64,000 bases of DNA from Planctomycetota bacterium (GTDB lineage Bacteria > Planctomycetota > B15-G4): positions 672,001 to 736,000 of the forward strand of contig CBDFJQ010000002.1 of NCBI GenBank assembly GCA_965248575.1, given 5' to 3'. Positions 53,380 through 63,102 of this stretch are shown here, piece by piece. The stretch's first letter is position 1. Every line of letters begins with the position of its first letter. Position numbers and translations under genes: made by a program. The notes beneath the pieces were generated by a model. That model was not told the origin of the DNA, did no database searches, and saw only the letters and a program-made list of their open reading frames with translations.

Positions 53380-56064
53380 ATGCCGGGTGCCCGAGAGAAG
53401 ATCCTGTTCGGCGTCTCGCTGCTGGTGTTCGCGGGCCTGGGGTTCTTGAAGCTGTCCGATGGATACCAGCGCGCCAGGGTTCCGGCGGTCGCCGGCATGC
53501 AAGGCGAAGTCTTGGCCAGCCCTGCTCATGTCAAGCTCCGGGCGGATCTGTTGGGCGACCGGGATGATGAGAATCGCGTCCGCCGTCGCTCCTCCTTCGC
53601 CCCACCCCGTGAACTGCTCCCGCTGGAGCCGTTGCTGCTCCCTGCACCGCCGATCCCGCGCCTGTCCGTCTTGGCGCCGCGCATGACGCCTGTCGCTGGC
53701 GGTGACGTGGCCCTGGACGATCGCCTGGCTGCCAGCTCCCTGGGTGGGTTGTCGCTGGGTGCCGGGGATGCAGGGCGCCTTTCAAGTGGAGTCGCCGGGC
53801 AGCCGGGAGCGGATGCGGATTCGGTGCCTGAAAGCGAGCAAGCAGAGGCCGCCGTGGACCCGGAGTTGCGCTTCGATTGGTTGGCGCGGGTGTCCATGAC
53901 TCGTCGAGTCTACGGGCGGATCCTGAACGGGGACCCGCTCGGGCTCGGGGAACGATCCGCTGAAGATCTCGTGTTCCAGGACGTTTCGCTGCGCACCGGG
54001 GGCAGCGTGGGCGTTCCCTATTCCATCCTTCGCAGCGATGTCTTGGAGTTCGGTTTCGCGCGTAACTTCGAGAACACCTATCAGCTGGAGAGCCGGTCCT
54101 TGGGTTCGGGGCCGGGGGCTGTGCGCGCACGCATGGAACTCAGCATGAGTTTGTTGGCCTCCGCGGGCCGTGAAGCCCGTGGCCTGGAGTTCGCCCTCGC
54201 CGAAGCGCGCCTCGCGCTGGAGGCCGGCCGACGTGACAACACGGCAGCCCGTCTGGTAGCGCGTCTCTGCGCTCGGGTTCATGACGTGGAGGGTGAGCTC
54301 GCGGTGTATCGCTCCGCTGTGGATGGCGCATGGATCGACGATGCGCTGATGTGCGACTACGCCCGCTTCGTCCTGAACATGGGCTTGCCAGAGCGGGCTT
54401 CGGAGTTGGTGGAGCAAGCACGTCGCTTGAGGCCCGTGTCCGCGGAGGTGCGCGGCCTGACGGGCGAGATGTTGCTGAGCGCCGGACAGGTCGAGCAGGC
54501 CCTGGTCATGCTGCGCTCAGCAGATCAGGTGCCCTTCCAGCCACCCTTCGAGGACCTGCAGCGCACCCAGCTCGTGTTGACGATCGGTCGCGCGGAGCTG
54601 GCAGCGGGTCGTGCACGGGAAGCGCTGCGGGCTGCCCAGCGGGTCCTGCTGAACGAGCCGGGGGATGTGGGTGCGTTGGCGCTTTCCGGCTCGGCTCACG
54701 CGGCCCTCCAGAACCTGGAGGCAGCAGCGGCGGCCTATGCGGAAGCGATCGCCGCAGAACCGGGCGATGGGGAATTGCTCCGGAACGCCGGCTTGGTGGC
54801 CTGGCGACAGGGCGACGGGGCGGCGGCACGACGCCTGCTCCTGCGCGCCATCGACCAGGACCCCCTGAACAGCGCCGCGCCCCTGCTGGCCTTGGGCTTC
54901 CTGCACGAAGACGCCGGTCAGCCGGAGGCGGCCAGGGAACTCTATGCCGAAGCCCTCAGTGTCAGCCCCGCCTCCGTGGATGGGCTGTACCGGATGGGGC
55001 GGCACCAACGCCTGGCTGGGGACACGGACTCTGCAGGGACGACCCTGCGCAGCGCCCTGCGTCTCGGTGGACCGGAGCTGCTCCTGCTTTCCGAGTTGGG
55101 TCGAGCGGCCATGGAGCGAGATGAACCCGCATTGGCCACGCGCTACTTCAGGGAAGCCCTGCGTCTCGAGCCGGAGAACCCTGAGGTTTTGTGGCTCAAG
55201 GGGCTTGCCGAACTCCAGGCAGGCGACCTGAGCAGCGCGCTGGAGAGCTTGGATCGAGCCACGATTCACGGCGCCGAGGGCGCTCATGTGGGCCTGGGGG
55301 TGGCGCTGTATCAACGGGGTGACGCCGGTGACGTCGACGCTGCGTTGGACCATCTCGATGAAGTGGAACGTGCGTTTGCTGGGCGGCCGGAATCGGCGCA
55401 GGCGGCCTACGCCAGCGCTCAGGCCGTCGCCATCCGAGACAACCTCGCCAAGCGTCAGTGGGTTGACGGCTTCGGACGTTCGAGTCTCCAGCGCGGCTGG
55501 ACCGAGCAGCAGTGGGAGGGCAGCCCGCGTGTCTTGCTGCTCGGCGAGGGCGTGAACATCCAAGGTCGCATGGAGCGTCCGCGAACCGACGAGCAGCCTG
55601 GCATCGCCAGGGTGCTGGACGGCCGGGGCTTCGTGTCGGTGGGTGCGAGCATGCAGGCCACAGTGAGTGGCGACTCGCGTTTCGGCCTGGCGCTCACCTA
55701 TCGGCAGGTGAAGGGTCAGCGAGGGCGCTTGCCGAAGGCGCGACTCGAGATCTGGGTCGACAGCGAGGGCTTGCTCCGGCTGAGTGCCTTGGACAACTTC
55801 GACACGGTGCTTCTCGACTCGCTTGAGGTACCGGGCATCCGGCTACCAACCGGCGGCTCCGTACGCCTGGGCGTGGAGCGCCTGGATGATGTCACTGGGC
55901 GTTTCCAGTTCCTCGTGGATGGTCGAGCCGTGGGCGAGCCTGTGGCCCTGAAGTCCCTGCGCAACTTCAAGAGCATGTTCGACCTGGAGGTGTTCGGGGA
56001 CGCGGCCCCGGGTCGCAGCGTGGACGTGACGGTCCACGACGTGCGCATCGTGAGGCTGCTGTGA
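53380..56064 (+). CDS. Membrane-anchored tetratricopeptide repeat protein with beta-rich C-domain
   Basis: Repeated A...Y..A....P motifs (AAAAYAEAIAAEP, ARELYAEALSVSP, YFREALRLEPENP). Confidence 0.82.
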   Translation: MPGAREKILFGVSLLVFAGLGFLKLSDGYQRARVPAVAGMQGEVLASPAHVKLRADLLGDRDDENRVRRRSSFAPPRELLPLEPLLLPAPPIPRLSVLAPRMTPVAGGDVALDDRLAASSLGGLSLGAGDAGRLSSGVAGQPGADADSVPESEQAEAAVDPELRFDWLARVSMTRRVYGRILNGDPLGLGERSAEDLVFQDVSLRTGGSVGVPYSILRSDVLEFGFARNFENTYQLESRSLGSGPGAVRARMELSMSLLASAGREARGLEFALAEARLALEAGRRDNTAARLVARLCARVHDVEGELAVYRSAVDGAWIDDALMCDYARFVLNMGLPERASELVEQARRLRPVSAEVRGLTGEMLLSAGQVEQALVMLRSADQVPFQPPFEDLQRTQLVLTIGRAELAAGRAREALRAAQRVLLNEPGDVGALALSGSAHAALQNLEAAAAAYAEAIAAEPGDGELLRNAGLVAWRQGDGAAARRLLLRAIDQDPLNSAAPLLALGFLHEDAGQPEAARELYAEALSVSPASVDGLYRMGRHQRLAGDTDSAGTTLRSALRLGGPELLLLSELGRAAMERDEPALATRYFREALRLEPENPEVLWLKGLAELQAGDLSSALESLDRATIHGAEGAHVGLGVALYQRGDAGDVDAALDHLDEVERAFAGRPESAQAAYASAQAVAIRDNLAKRQWVDGFGRSSLQRGWTEQQWEGSPRVLLLGEGVNIQGRMERPRTDEQPGIARVLDGRGFVSVGASMQATVSGDSRFGLALTYRQVKGQRGRLPKARLEIWVDSEGLLRLSALDNFDTVLLDSLEVPGIRLPTGGSVRLGVERLDDVTGRFQFLVDGRAVGEPVALKSLRNFKSMFDLEVFGDAAPGRSVDVTVHDVRIVRLL

Positions 56065-56768
56065 TGAGGCCAGGACGGCTAGGGACACCGGGCAGGACGG
56101 GCATGAGCGGCTTTTCGCTGGTGGAGATCCTCGTCGTCATCACCTTGATCGGGCTGCTCATGGGCTTCGCCGTGCTCGCGCTGGGGCGGCACGCCGAGGC
56201 GGGGCGCGAGACCGATTGCCGGGCTCGCGTCGAGGCGCTCTCGCTGATGGTGGAGAGTTATGCGGATCGCACGGGCGGCTATCCCCCAAGTCGCCTTGCA
56301 GACCTTGGTGTGAGGGACGCCAATGTCGTCAACGAGGGCATCGAGGCCTTGGCCGTCGCCCTACGCCACCGCGACTACGCAGGGAAACGTCCCGAGGAGC
56401 GTTGGTTCGGGAATCATGACGGCGACCGCTCGCCCTCACTCCACGCGGCTGACGGGTCGACGGCGCTGCTGGAGTTGCTGGACCCGTGGGACAACCCGTT
56501 CTTCTATGTGATGAACGAGGGCTATGGCGGCAGCGCCCTGCTGCGCTTGGATTCAGGCGCCGGGTTGGAGGACGTGGAGGCCAGGGCTCTCAAGAATCCC
56601 CTGACCGGGGCGTACCACCGCTTCGACGGCTTCCAGTTGCGCTCAGCGGGGGCCGACGGCGTGCTCGAGACCGAGGATGACATCGCCAACTTCGACATCT
56701 CCCTGGCGAGCCCGTCTGGTACGCCGGAGCTACCTGGAGCGGATGGCTCCGCGGTGCGCGACCGGTGA
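56061..56768 (+). CDS. Pseudopilin, GspG-like
   Basis: G|FSLVEILVVITLIGLL; LLDPWDNPFFY; SAGADG...TEDDI. Confidence 0.88.
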   Translation: MMRPGRLGTPGRTGMSGFSLVEILVVITLIGLLMGFAVLALGRHAEAGRETDCRARVEALSLMVESYADRTGGYPPSRLADLGVRDANVVNEGIEALAVALRHRDYAGKRPEERWFGNHDGDRSPSLHAADGSTALLELLDPWDNPFFYVMNEGYGGSALLRLDSGAGLEDVEARALKNPLTGAYHRFDGFQLRSAGADGVLETEDDIANFDISLASPSGTPELPGADGSAVRDR

Positions 56769-57913
56769 ACAGACGCGGGCAGCCTGCGCGCGGCTTCACC
56801 CTGCTTGAGCTGTTGGTGGTGATGGCTGTCCTGTCGGCGCTGTTCGGGCTGGGCGTGGGTGCCTTCCGCAGCTTCTCCCGGCCCGAACGGACGGCCATGC
56901 ATCAGGTGAAGGACGCCCTTCGAACGGTCAGACTCGTGGCCCAGGCTGAAGGGGCGGTGGCCGAGCTGAGCGTGCTTCCCGCGCGCGGACAGATCATCAC
57001 GAGCGCCCTGCGCACCGTGGGTAACTGGCACTTCGAGACACTCGCGGGCAGCGGTTGGCCGGTGGATGCGCGTCACGAAGGAGCGCGCCTGGTTTCGGGC
57101 GCGGAGGCGACCGCCGTGCCGCGGCTCGGACAAGCGCTGGAGCTGCGCGAGGGCGCCATCCTGCGCCTGGAGGACCTGCCTCCCAGTTTCGATTCGCCCT
57201 ACGGTTTCGGGCTGGATGTGTTCCTGCAGCCCGCGTCGGATGGACGCCCCATGACCGTGCTGGAACGGCCGGGCTCATGGGTCGTCGAACTCAGCTCCGA
57301 GCGGGTTCTGCGGGTGCGGCTGATGTTGGAGTCGGATGCCGTGCCCCAACAGGCTGACCGGCCGGCGCCTGTCGCTGGCGCCGAGCGAGTCGCTCAAGAG
57401 CCAGCTCCCACCGGGCGGGAGTGGCTCGCCGACATTCCGGAGGTGGTCCTGCCCAGCGACCGCATGGCGCGTCTGTCTGTTCGCTTCGATGGGCGCGCCC
57501 TGAGCGTGAGCCTGAACGGTGCCCGCCGTCAGTTGGATGGTGCTTTTGGGCGCCCTCGGCGGCTCGTGACTGTCCCCGGGGTTCCGATCAGTACGGGTGC
57601 GGCAGGCCGTCAGTTCAGGGGTGTCATGGACGAACTTCGCCTGGCCAGCGTGCGTCGGGGGGCTGCGCGGGATCTGCCTGTGGACGTAGCGCTGGAGGGA
57701 GAGGACTTCCAGGTGCATGTGGACGCGTTCGGGCACCTCGACCCCGCGTGGCATGGCGCCCCCGCCCGCATCGCGTTCACGTTCGGAGAGCCACAGCGGC
57801 GAACCGTGGTGGAGATGGGATTACTGGGTGGTGTGCGCTCCTGGGATGAAGCCGTCGTGGCCCCGGGCTCGGAAGAGGGCGAGCAGAGCGTGACGAATGG
57901 GGACCCGCCGTGA
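56765..57913 (+). CDS. Minor pseudopilin (GspH/FimT-like) with LamG-like domain
   Basis: G|FTLLELLVVMAVLSAL; GNWHFE...FRGVMDELRL LamG pattern. Confidence 0.82.
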   Translation: MNRRGQPARGFTLLELLVVMAVLSALFGLGVGAFRSFSRPERTAMHQVKDALRTVRLVAQAEGAVAELSVLPARGQIITSALRTVGNWHFETLAGSGWPVDARHEGARLVSGAEATAVPRLGQALELREGAILRLEDLPPSFDSPYGFGLDVFLQPASDGRPMTVLERPGSWVVELSSERVLRVRLMLESDAVPQQADRPAPVAGAERVAQEPAPTGREWLADIPEVVLPSDRMARLSVRFDGRALSVSLNGARRQLDGAFGRPRRLVTVPGVPISTGAAGRQFRGVMDELRLASVRRGAARDLPVDVALEGEDFQVHVDAFGHLDPAWHGAPARIAFTFGEPQRRTVVEMGLLGGVRSWDEAVVAPGSEEGEQSVTNGDPP

Positions 57914-60900
57914 TGGCCCGCGCTCGTCCTCAAGAGGGTCTGGCACTCATCACGGTCGTGATCGTGTTGGCTGCCTTGACGCTCATTGCCACGCCCTTCG
58001 CCTTGTCCATGCGCAGCTTGGAGTCGGGCGCTCTCTTGCAGCAGCGCCATCTGGACAGCGAGGCCGCCCTGGAGCAGGCCTTGGATGCAGCGCGCCGGCA
58101 CCTGGCACAGACGCACCCGGCCTGGGACGTCGACAGCCCGCACGCCGATGACATGGCCGAGCTGTCGGGCGCTGGGGCGGCGCGCCGTTTCCCAGAGGCG
58201 CTGCCCAAGGACCCCCATGGCTCCCTGCGCTCAGTCACCATCCAGGACGAATCGGGGAAGGTCTCGCTCAACACGGCGAGCGCCGCCCTGCTCGGCAACT
58301 TGCTTGGGGGCCGGACCTGGCTCGACGGCGCGGTGGACGAGTTCGCGACGCAGCTGGGACTCAACTCGGTGGAAGGCTTCCCCGAGCCAGGCTTCGCGTG
58401 GGTCGGCGGTGAGCAAGTGTCCTACACGAATCGGAGCGAGCGCGGCTTGGAGCAGGTCCAGCGCGCTGCAGCCTCAGCGAATCTCGAACGGGGGACGGCG
58501 CGGGCGCACGATGCGGGTACGGAGGTCCTGGATGGGCGCTTGATGTTGCTCGTGCAGCGGGCCTGGCACGCCCGCGAGGGGGTCTGGCAGCCCGCGGCGC
58601 GCGTGGACGCCCTGCGGGACATCGCACGCTTTTCGGAGCTGAGCTACAGCGCCGAGGAATTGGAGCGGGTGCGCTCCCGGCTCAGCGTGCACGCCGGGCC
58701 CATCCGCTGGGAGCAGCCGCAGCGGGTGCTGGGTGTGGAGCAGGGACGCTGGGGGCGCAGCGAACTGGTGGTTCGGGATGGCCTGCACCTGGGGCCGGGC
58801 TCGGTGCTGCAACTGGAGTGGGAGGACGGAGGTTTGTCCTGGAACCTCGTGCTGTCAGCCGTGCGCTGGGGGTCGGCCTGGCGCCTCGGGCTGCTGGAAA
58901 ACCTGACCGGTTCGTTCAGCGGTTCGGGCTCGGCGCAGGCATTCGTCTCCTCGGCGACGCGTCATGGGGGCAGCGTGCTCGCGCTCTCGGTCTTGCAACG
59001 CCAGCCCGTGAATCTCGGCAGCGCCTCACAGCAAGTACTCGCGGCGCTCTTCGCGGGTGTGGGCACAGCCTCGGTGACCGATGTGATCACTGAGGAGGAG
59101 GCCGCCGAGCTGGCTGTCTTCCTGCTCCAACAGGGCGTGGAGCCGGATTCAGCGGAGTTCCAGCGCGCCGCGGAGCGGGAGCTGGATACAGGGCGATTCA
59201 GCGCCGCCGATGTGGATGTCGCCACGCGAGCCTGGTCGCAAGACGGCTTCCGCGTCGGGCAGTTGACCGCGCTGGAGGCGGCAGGTCGGGTGCTGGGTCT
59301 GGAGAGCCTCCGGCCGCTGAGGCGTGTCAGCCAACTCGCGGCGCAACGACTGGCACAGCGGGTGCTGAATCGCCGGCCCCAGAGCCACGAGGACTTCGCC
59401 GAACTCACGCGGCAGGCGGTCGAAGCCGGCGAGCTGGACGAGAGCCAGCGCGTCGCACTCCTGCGCAACGCCCTGGATGCCGGGGACGCGCGCATCGAGG
59501 GCGGCACGGCGCCCTTCACCTATGCGAGCGCCGGGGTGTTCCAGGTCTCGGCGGCGGCAAGCGAGAACCTGCCCAACGGACGGGAACGCAGCCGGAGCTA
59601 CGCCCAGCAAGTGCTCTCCGTCGCTCCCCCTGGGGATACGGCTCGGCTCTTTGCGAGCCAACAGGACTTCGAACTGTCCATGGATTTTGGGTGGGGCTGG
59701 GCGAGTCGTCCGTCCTTGATGGCCCAGGGCACGCCTGCGGATGCCGGGGAACCCGCCGGAGTCCGTCCTGGGCGCGACGGCGTGCTCATCGCTGGGGCGG
59801 CCGGCCCCTCGCTGGTGCAGTCGGAGTCCTTTGTCGCTCCGGCCACCGTACGCAGCGCGCTCCTGGACACACACCACTTTGATGAGGGCGAGCTGGGCCG
59901 CACCGGACACTCGCCCGAGGGCTTCGATCTCGCTCAGGGCCCCTTGCGCTGGCCAGTGGTCGACGTGAAGGCCCCCTTGCTGGGTACTCGCAGCGACTTG
60001 CTGCAGCCCTTTGGCGTCGAGTTCTGGTTCCAGATGGAAGACGTCGAGGCGGAGGCCATGCTCTTCGACGCGGGTGTGGATGTGCTCGAGAACCGGGTCT
60101 GGATCATGCTGCGCGAGGGCGTCTTGAGCCTGCGGGTCAGTGATGGGGGAATCACGGATTTCGAAGCGCAGATGGAAGAGGGGCAGCCGCCTCCGGCCGG
60201 TGAGATCCGGTATGCCTTCGACGATGGCCTCGAGCTCCTGCCGGATGTTCCCTATCACGTCGCCGCGCTGGTGGGAGGGTCGCACGACAATCGCCTGGCG
60301 CTCTTCGTCGATGGGGTCCCGCGTGGGCGCCGCGTCTTCACCACCCACCTGACCGAGGGCATGGCTTCGGTGGGGGCCCTACCAGCGACCGGGACCTCCA
60401 CGGCGCGCTCAGAGCGCATCGCGGTGGAGTCCACGGCGGGCTTTCCCGCCCGAGGCGTGCTGCGCGTTGGTTGGGAGCTGTTGGAGTACGCGGACAAGAC
60501 CGAGGACAGCTTCATCCTGAAACCGGACAGCTCCCGGGACCCATTCGGCGGGCGCTCCCGACGCGGCACGGTGGGCGGCGAGCACGAGCTCGGAGAGACG
60601 GTGGAACTCATGGGCTACAGCCGCACGCTGGGGGCGACGGTGGCCCCGCAGGGGGATGGCACCCTCGCTAGCCGCATGGCGGAGTGGGCCGTGGCGGAGC
60701 TGGACCCCAACGGCTTGAGCGAGAGCATCGAGGCGGGCGTCACGGTGACCGCTTCCGTTGGGGATGCCACCGAGACGCTCCCCATCGAGCTGGGGACCGG
60801 CCTCCTTTTTGACGCCACGAGCATCCCTGTGCGCAGCATCCAAGGCGGGTCGCTGGACGGTGTCTTCCAGGCCACCGGCGGCCACGCGCTGCTGTTCTGC

Positions 60901-63102
60901 GACTACGGCAACACCGAGCTGGCGGGGCAGGACTACCCCATCCTCGGCACCCTCGTGACACCGACCTTGCCAGGCACCGTCCTGGACAACGGCAACTTCG
61001 GCAACGGGTCATGGCTGGGGGGTGGCGAAGTCGTGATGTACGACTCCTTCAACGGGAGCGCATTGCTCAACTGTCGGCGCGCCCGGGAGGGGATCCCCGT
61101 CGGTGTGCCCAGCAGCTTCGTCAGCCCGCTGGATGGGCAGACCAGCCCGGCCTACGTGAACCTCACCGAGCAGCGCTGGGATGACGACCGCGCCTTTGTG
61201 ACCACTTTTGATTCCTCCCTGCGCGGCGTCTTGCCCAGCCTGCCGGAGGAGGCGCGGGTGCTCGTGATCCCGCTCTCCGTCGACGTCGAGGGCGGCAACC
61301 TCGCGGATCAGTTCCACCCCTTTCCAGAAGGCCCGCCGGCGGGCATTTCGCCCCTGGTGCAGCTGGGTCTCGACTTTCCGGACCCAGATGGCGGAACCGA
61401 ATGGGTGCGTTGGACCACACCCACGGCGGACTTCCTGGTGCGGGACGACCTCCAGGCCGTGGAGGACATGCTGAGCACGGTGACGGGCACGAGCACCTGG
61501 GTGATGGACACCCCCCTCGACCAGGCCTTCGTGGACGGGCTCAACGAACGGCTCCGCTTCCGTGCACAAGGCGGGACCGAGGACAGCGTGCACGAGCCCG
61601 TTGTCGGAGTGCTGCCTGTGCATGTGTTCGGGGCGTGGGGCGTGGAGCAGTTCGAACCCCTGCTGGGGATTCCCGGACGCCACGACGGCGTGACCCTGAT
61701 GGGGGACGACGAGGAGAAGGAATGGCACACCGTCAACCACGCCGTGACCAACGACGTCGAGTGGGGTGCGGGTGCGGCGTTGGTGGCGTTCCGCGAGGCC
61801 GTGGTCGGGGACTTCGGGCGCACGCCCCAGACCACCGACAGCGGTGAAGCGGACGCCTCGGTTGTGGACGATCGAGATCTCGAGCGCAGCCTGAAGGCCG
61901 AGGGCGCAGGGGCGCGCCTCGTGGCAGAGATGTCCCTCTCGTCACGCGCGGCGGTCCGGTCCGCCATCCGTCATCTGAATGTGGATTCGCGCCGGCTCAC
62001 ACGGATCGTGAAGGCGCCATCGGGTGAGCTGCCTGATGCCCTGATCGAACAGCTGCACTTCGGCGAGCATGCGCCAGCGGGGCTCGCAGGCCGGGCGCTG
62101 GCACAAGGTGTCCGGCTCGATGAACTGAGGGTCTGGGCGCAGAGTGCTGCGAGTGAGCTCGTGCCTCCCATCGCCCGCTACCGCCTCGCGGATGACCTGG
62201 ACTACGAGCAGGACGCCGTGGCCGCCCTGTCCGTGCAGTCCCTGCTCTATCCCCACACCCGCATCCGGGATGATCGTCTGGGCGAGGACAAGCTCGAGGT
62301 CCTGTCCGAGCTCCCCTCCACGGGCGGACTGCTGCTCGTGGACGAGGAGATCATCGGCTATGCCGGGCTCGATCCGGTGCAGACCGGTGCCGTGTTCCTG
62401 ACGGCTCGCGGGCTCTATGGAACCCGGCGCGCCAAACACGTGGCCGGCGTCGCGGTGACACCGCTCGACTTCTGGCCTGTGGCGCCGCTCACCGAGCGTG
62501 CAGACGCCGACAGCCCGTGGTTGTCCGTGGCGGAACCGAGCGTCTTCCCCGAGGCAGGGGGGCTGGTCTGGGTCGACGATGAACTGCTGGAGTATGAGCG
62601 CGTGACGGCCGAGGGGCTGGCGGTGGACCGCGGTCGTTTCGGCACGACCCCCAGCACCCATGCGGCGGGCTCCTTGGTGAGGTGGATGCCCGCGCGGGTG
62701 TCCGACAGAAGCCTGGATGAGGTGCAGGCCCTGGAGCTTCCGGTGCATGCTCCGGGCGCCTTCTTTACGGACCTGGCTGTGCGGGCCCAGATACCGAACG
62801 AGCTCGTGGCCCTCGACGGAAGGGTGGTCATCGACGGTCACGCGAGTCGCCTCGACGAGCCAACCCAATCGCCGGATCTTTTTGAATTGCCCGCGGCCGA
62901 ACCAGGTCTCGACCTGCGTCAGGTGGCCTTGGGGCGGCAGGGAGACCTGCTTCAGCTCTGGCTCTCCGCGCGCTGGTTGCCCGGCGCCTTCGACGGGCGA
63001 GACTTTGCAAGCAACGCCTGGAAGCTGGGGCCACGTCTCGACGAGGTGGTGGTGAAGCACATCCAACCCACCCAGGTGTACGAGCACGAGCAATGGCGAT
63101 GA
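57910..63102 (+). CDS. Giant GspK/PilX-like minor pilin (1730 aa) with LamG-like domain and repeated beta modules
   Basis: G|LALITVVIVLAALTLIA (no Glu5); IQDESGKVSLNTAS; FGVEFWF...YHVAA...LALFVDG; repeated FP..G.....E...Y...RG..GT....H..G..V. Confidence 0.78.
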   Translation: MMARARPQEGLALITVVIVLAALTLIATPFALSMRSLESGALLQQRHLDSEAALEQALDAARRHLAQTHPAWDVDSPHADDMAELSGAGAARRFPEALPKDPHGSLRSVTIQDESGKVSLNTASAALLGNLLGGRTWLDGAVDEFATQLGLNSVEGFPEPGFAWVGGEQVSYTNRSERGLEQVQRAAASANLERGTARAHDAGTEVLDGRLMLLVQRAWHAREGVWQPAARVDALRDIARFSELSYSAEELERVRSRLSVHAGPIRWEQPQRVLGVEQGRWGRSELVVRDGLHLGPGSVLQLEWEDGGLSWNLVLSAVRWGSAWRLGLLENLTGSFSGSGSAQAFVSSATRHGGSVLALSVLQRQPVNLGSASQQVLAALFAGVGTASVTDVITEEEAAELAVFLLQQGVEPDSAEFQRAAERELDTGRFSAADVDVATRAWSQDGFRVGQLTALEAAGRVLGLESLRPLRRVSQLAAQRLAQRVLNRRPQSHEDFAELTRQAVEAGELDESQRVALLRNALDAGDARIEGGTAPFTYASAGVFQVSAAASENLPNGRERSRSYAQQVLSVAPPGDTARLFASQQDFELSMDFGWGWASRPSLMAQGTPADAGEPAGVRPGRDGVLIAGAAGPSLVQSESFVAPATVRSALLDTHHFDEGELGRTGHSPEGFDLAQGPLRWPVVDVKAPLLGTRSDLLQPFGVEFWFQMEDVEAEAMLFDAGVDVLENRVWIMLREGVLSLRVSDGGITDFEAQMEEGQPPPAGEIRYAFDDGLELLPDVPYHVAALVGGSHDNRLALFVDGVPRGRRVFTTHLTEGMASVGALPATGTSTARSERIAVESTAGFPARGVLRVGWELLEYADKTEDSFILKPDSSRDPFGGRSRRGTVGGEHELGETVELMGYSRTLGATVAPQGDGTLASRMAEWAVAELDPNGLSESIEAGVTVTASVGDATETLPIELGTGLLFDATSIPVRSIQGGSLDGVFQATGGHALLFCDYGNTELAGQDYPILGTLVTPTLPGTVLDNGNFGNGSWLGGGEVVMYDSFNGSALLNCRRAREGIPVGVPSSFVSPLDGQTSPAYVNLTEQRWDDDRAFVTTFDSSLRGVLPSLPEEARVLVIPLSVDVEGGNLADQFHPFPEGPPAGISPLVQLGLDFPDPDGGTEWVRWTTPTADFLVRDDLQAVEDMLSTVTGTSTWVMDTPLDQAFVDGLNERLRFRAQGGTEDSVHEPVVGVLPVHVFGAWGVEQFEPLLGIPGRHDGVTLMGDDEEKEWHTVNHAVTNDVEWGAGAALVAFREAVVGDFGRTPQTTDSGEADASVVDDRDLERSLKAEGAGARLVAEMSLSSRAAVRSAIRHLNVDSRRLTRIVKAPSGELPDALIEQLHFGEHAPAGLAGRALAQGVRLDELRVWAQSAASELVPPIARYRLADDLDYEQDAVAALSVQSLLYPHTRIRDDRLGEDKLEVLSELPSTGGLLLVDEEIIGYAGLDPVQTGAVFLTARGLYGTRRAKHVAGVAVTPLDFWPVAPLTERADADSPWLSVAEPSVFPEAGGLVWVDDELLEYERVTAEGLAVDRGRFGTTPSTHAAGSLVRWMPARVSDRSLDEVQALELPVHAPGAFFTDLAVRAQIPNELVALDGRVVIDGHASRLDEPTQSPDLFELPAAEPGLDLRQVALGRQGDLLQLWLSARWLPGAFDGRDFASNAWKLGPRLDEVVVKHIQPTQVYEHEQWR

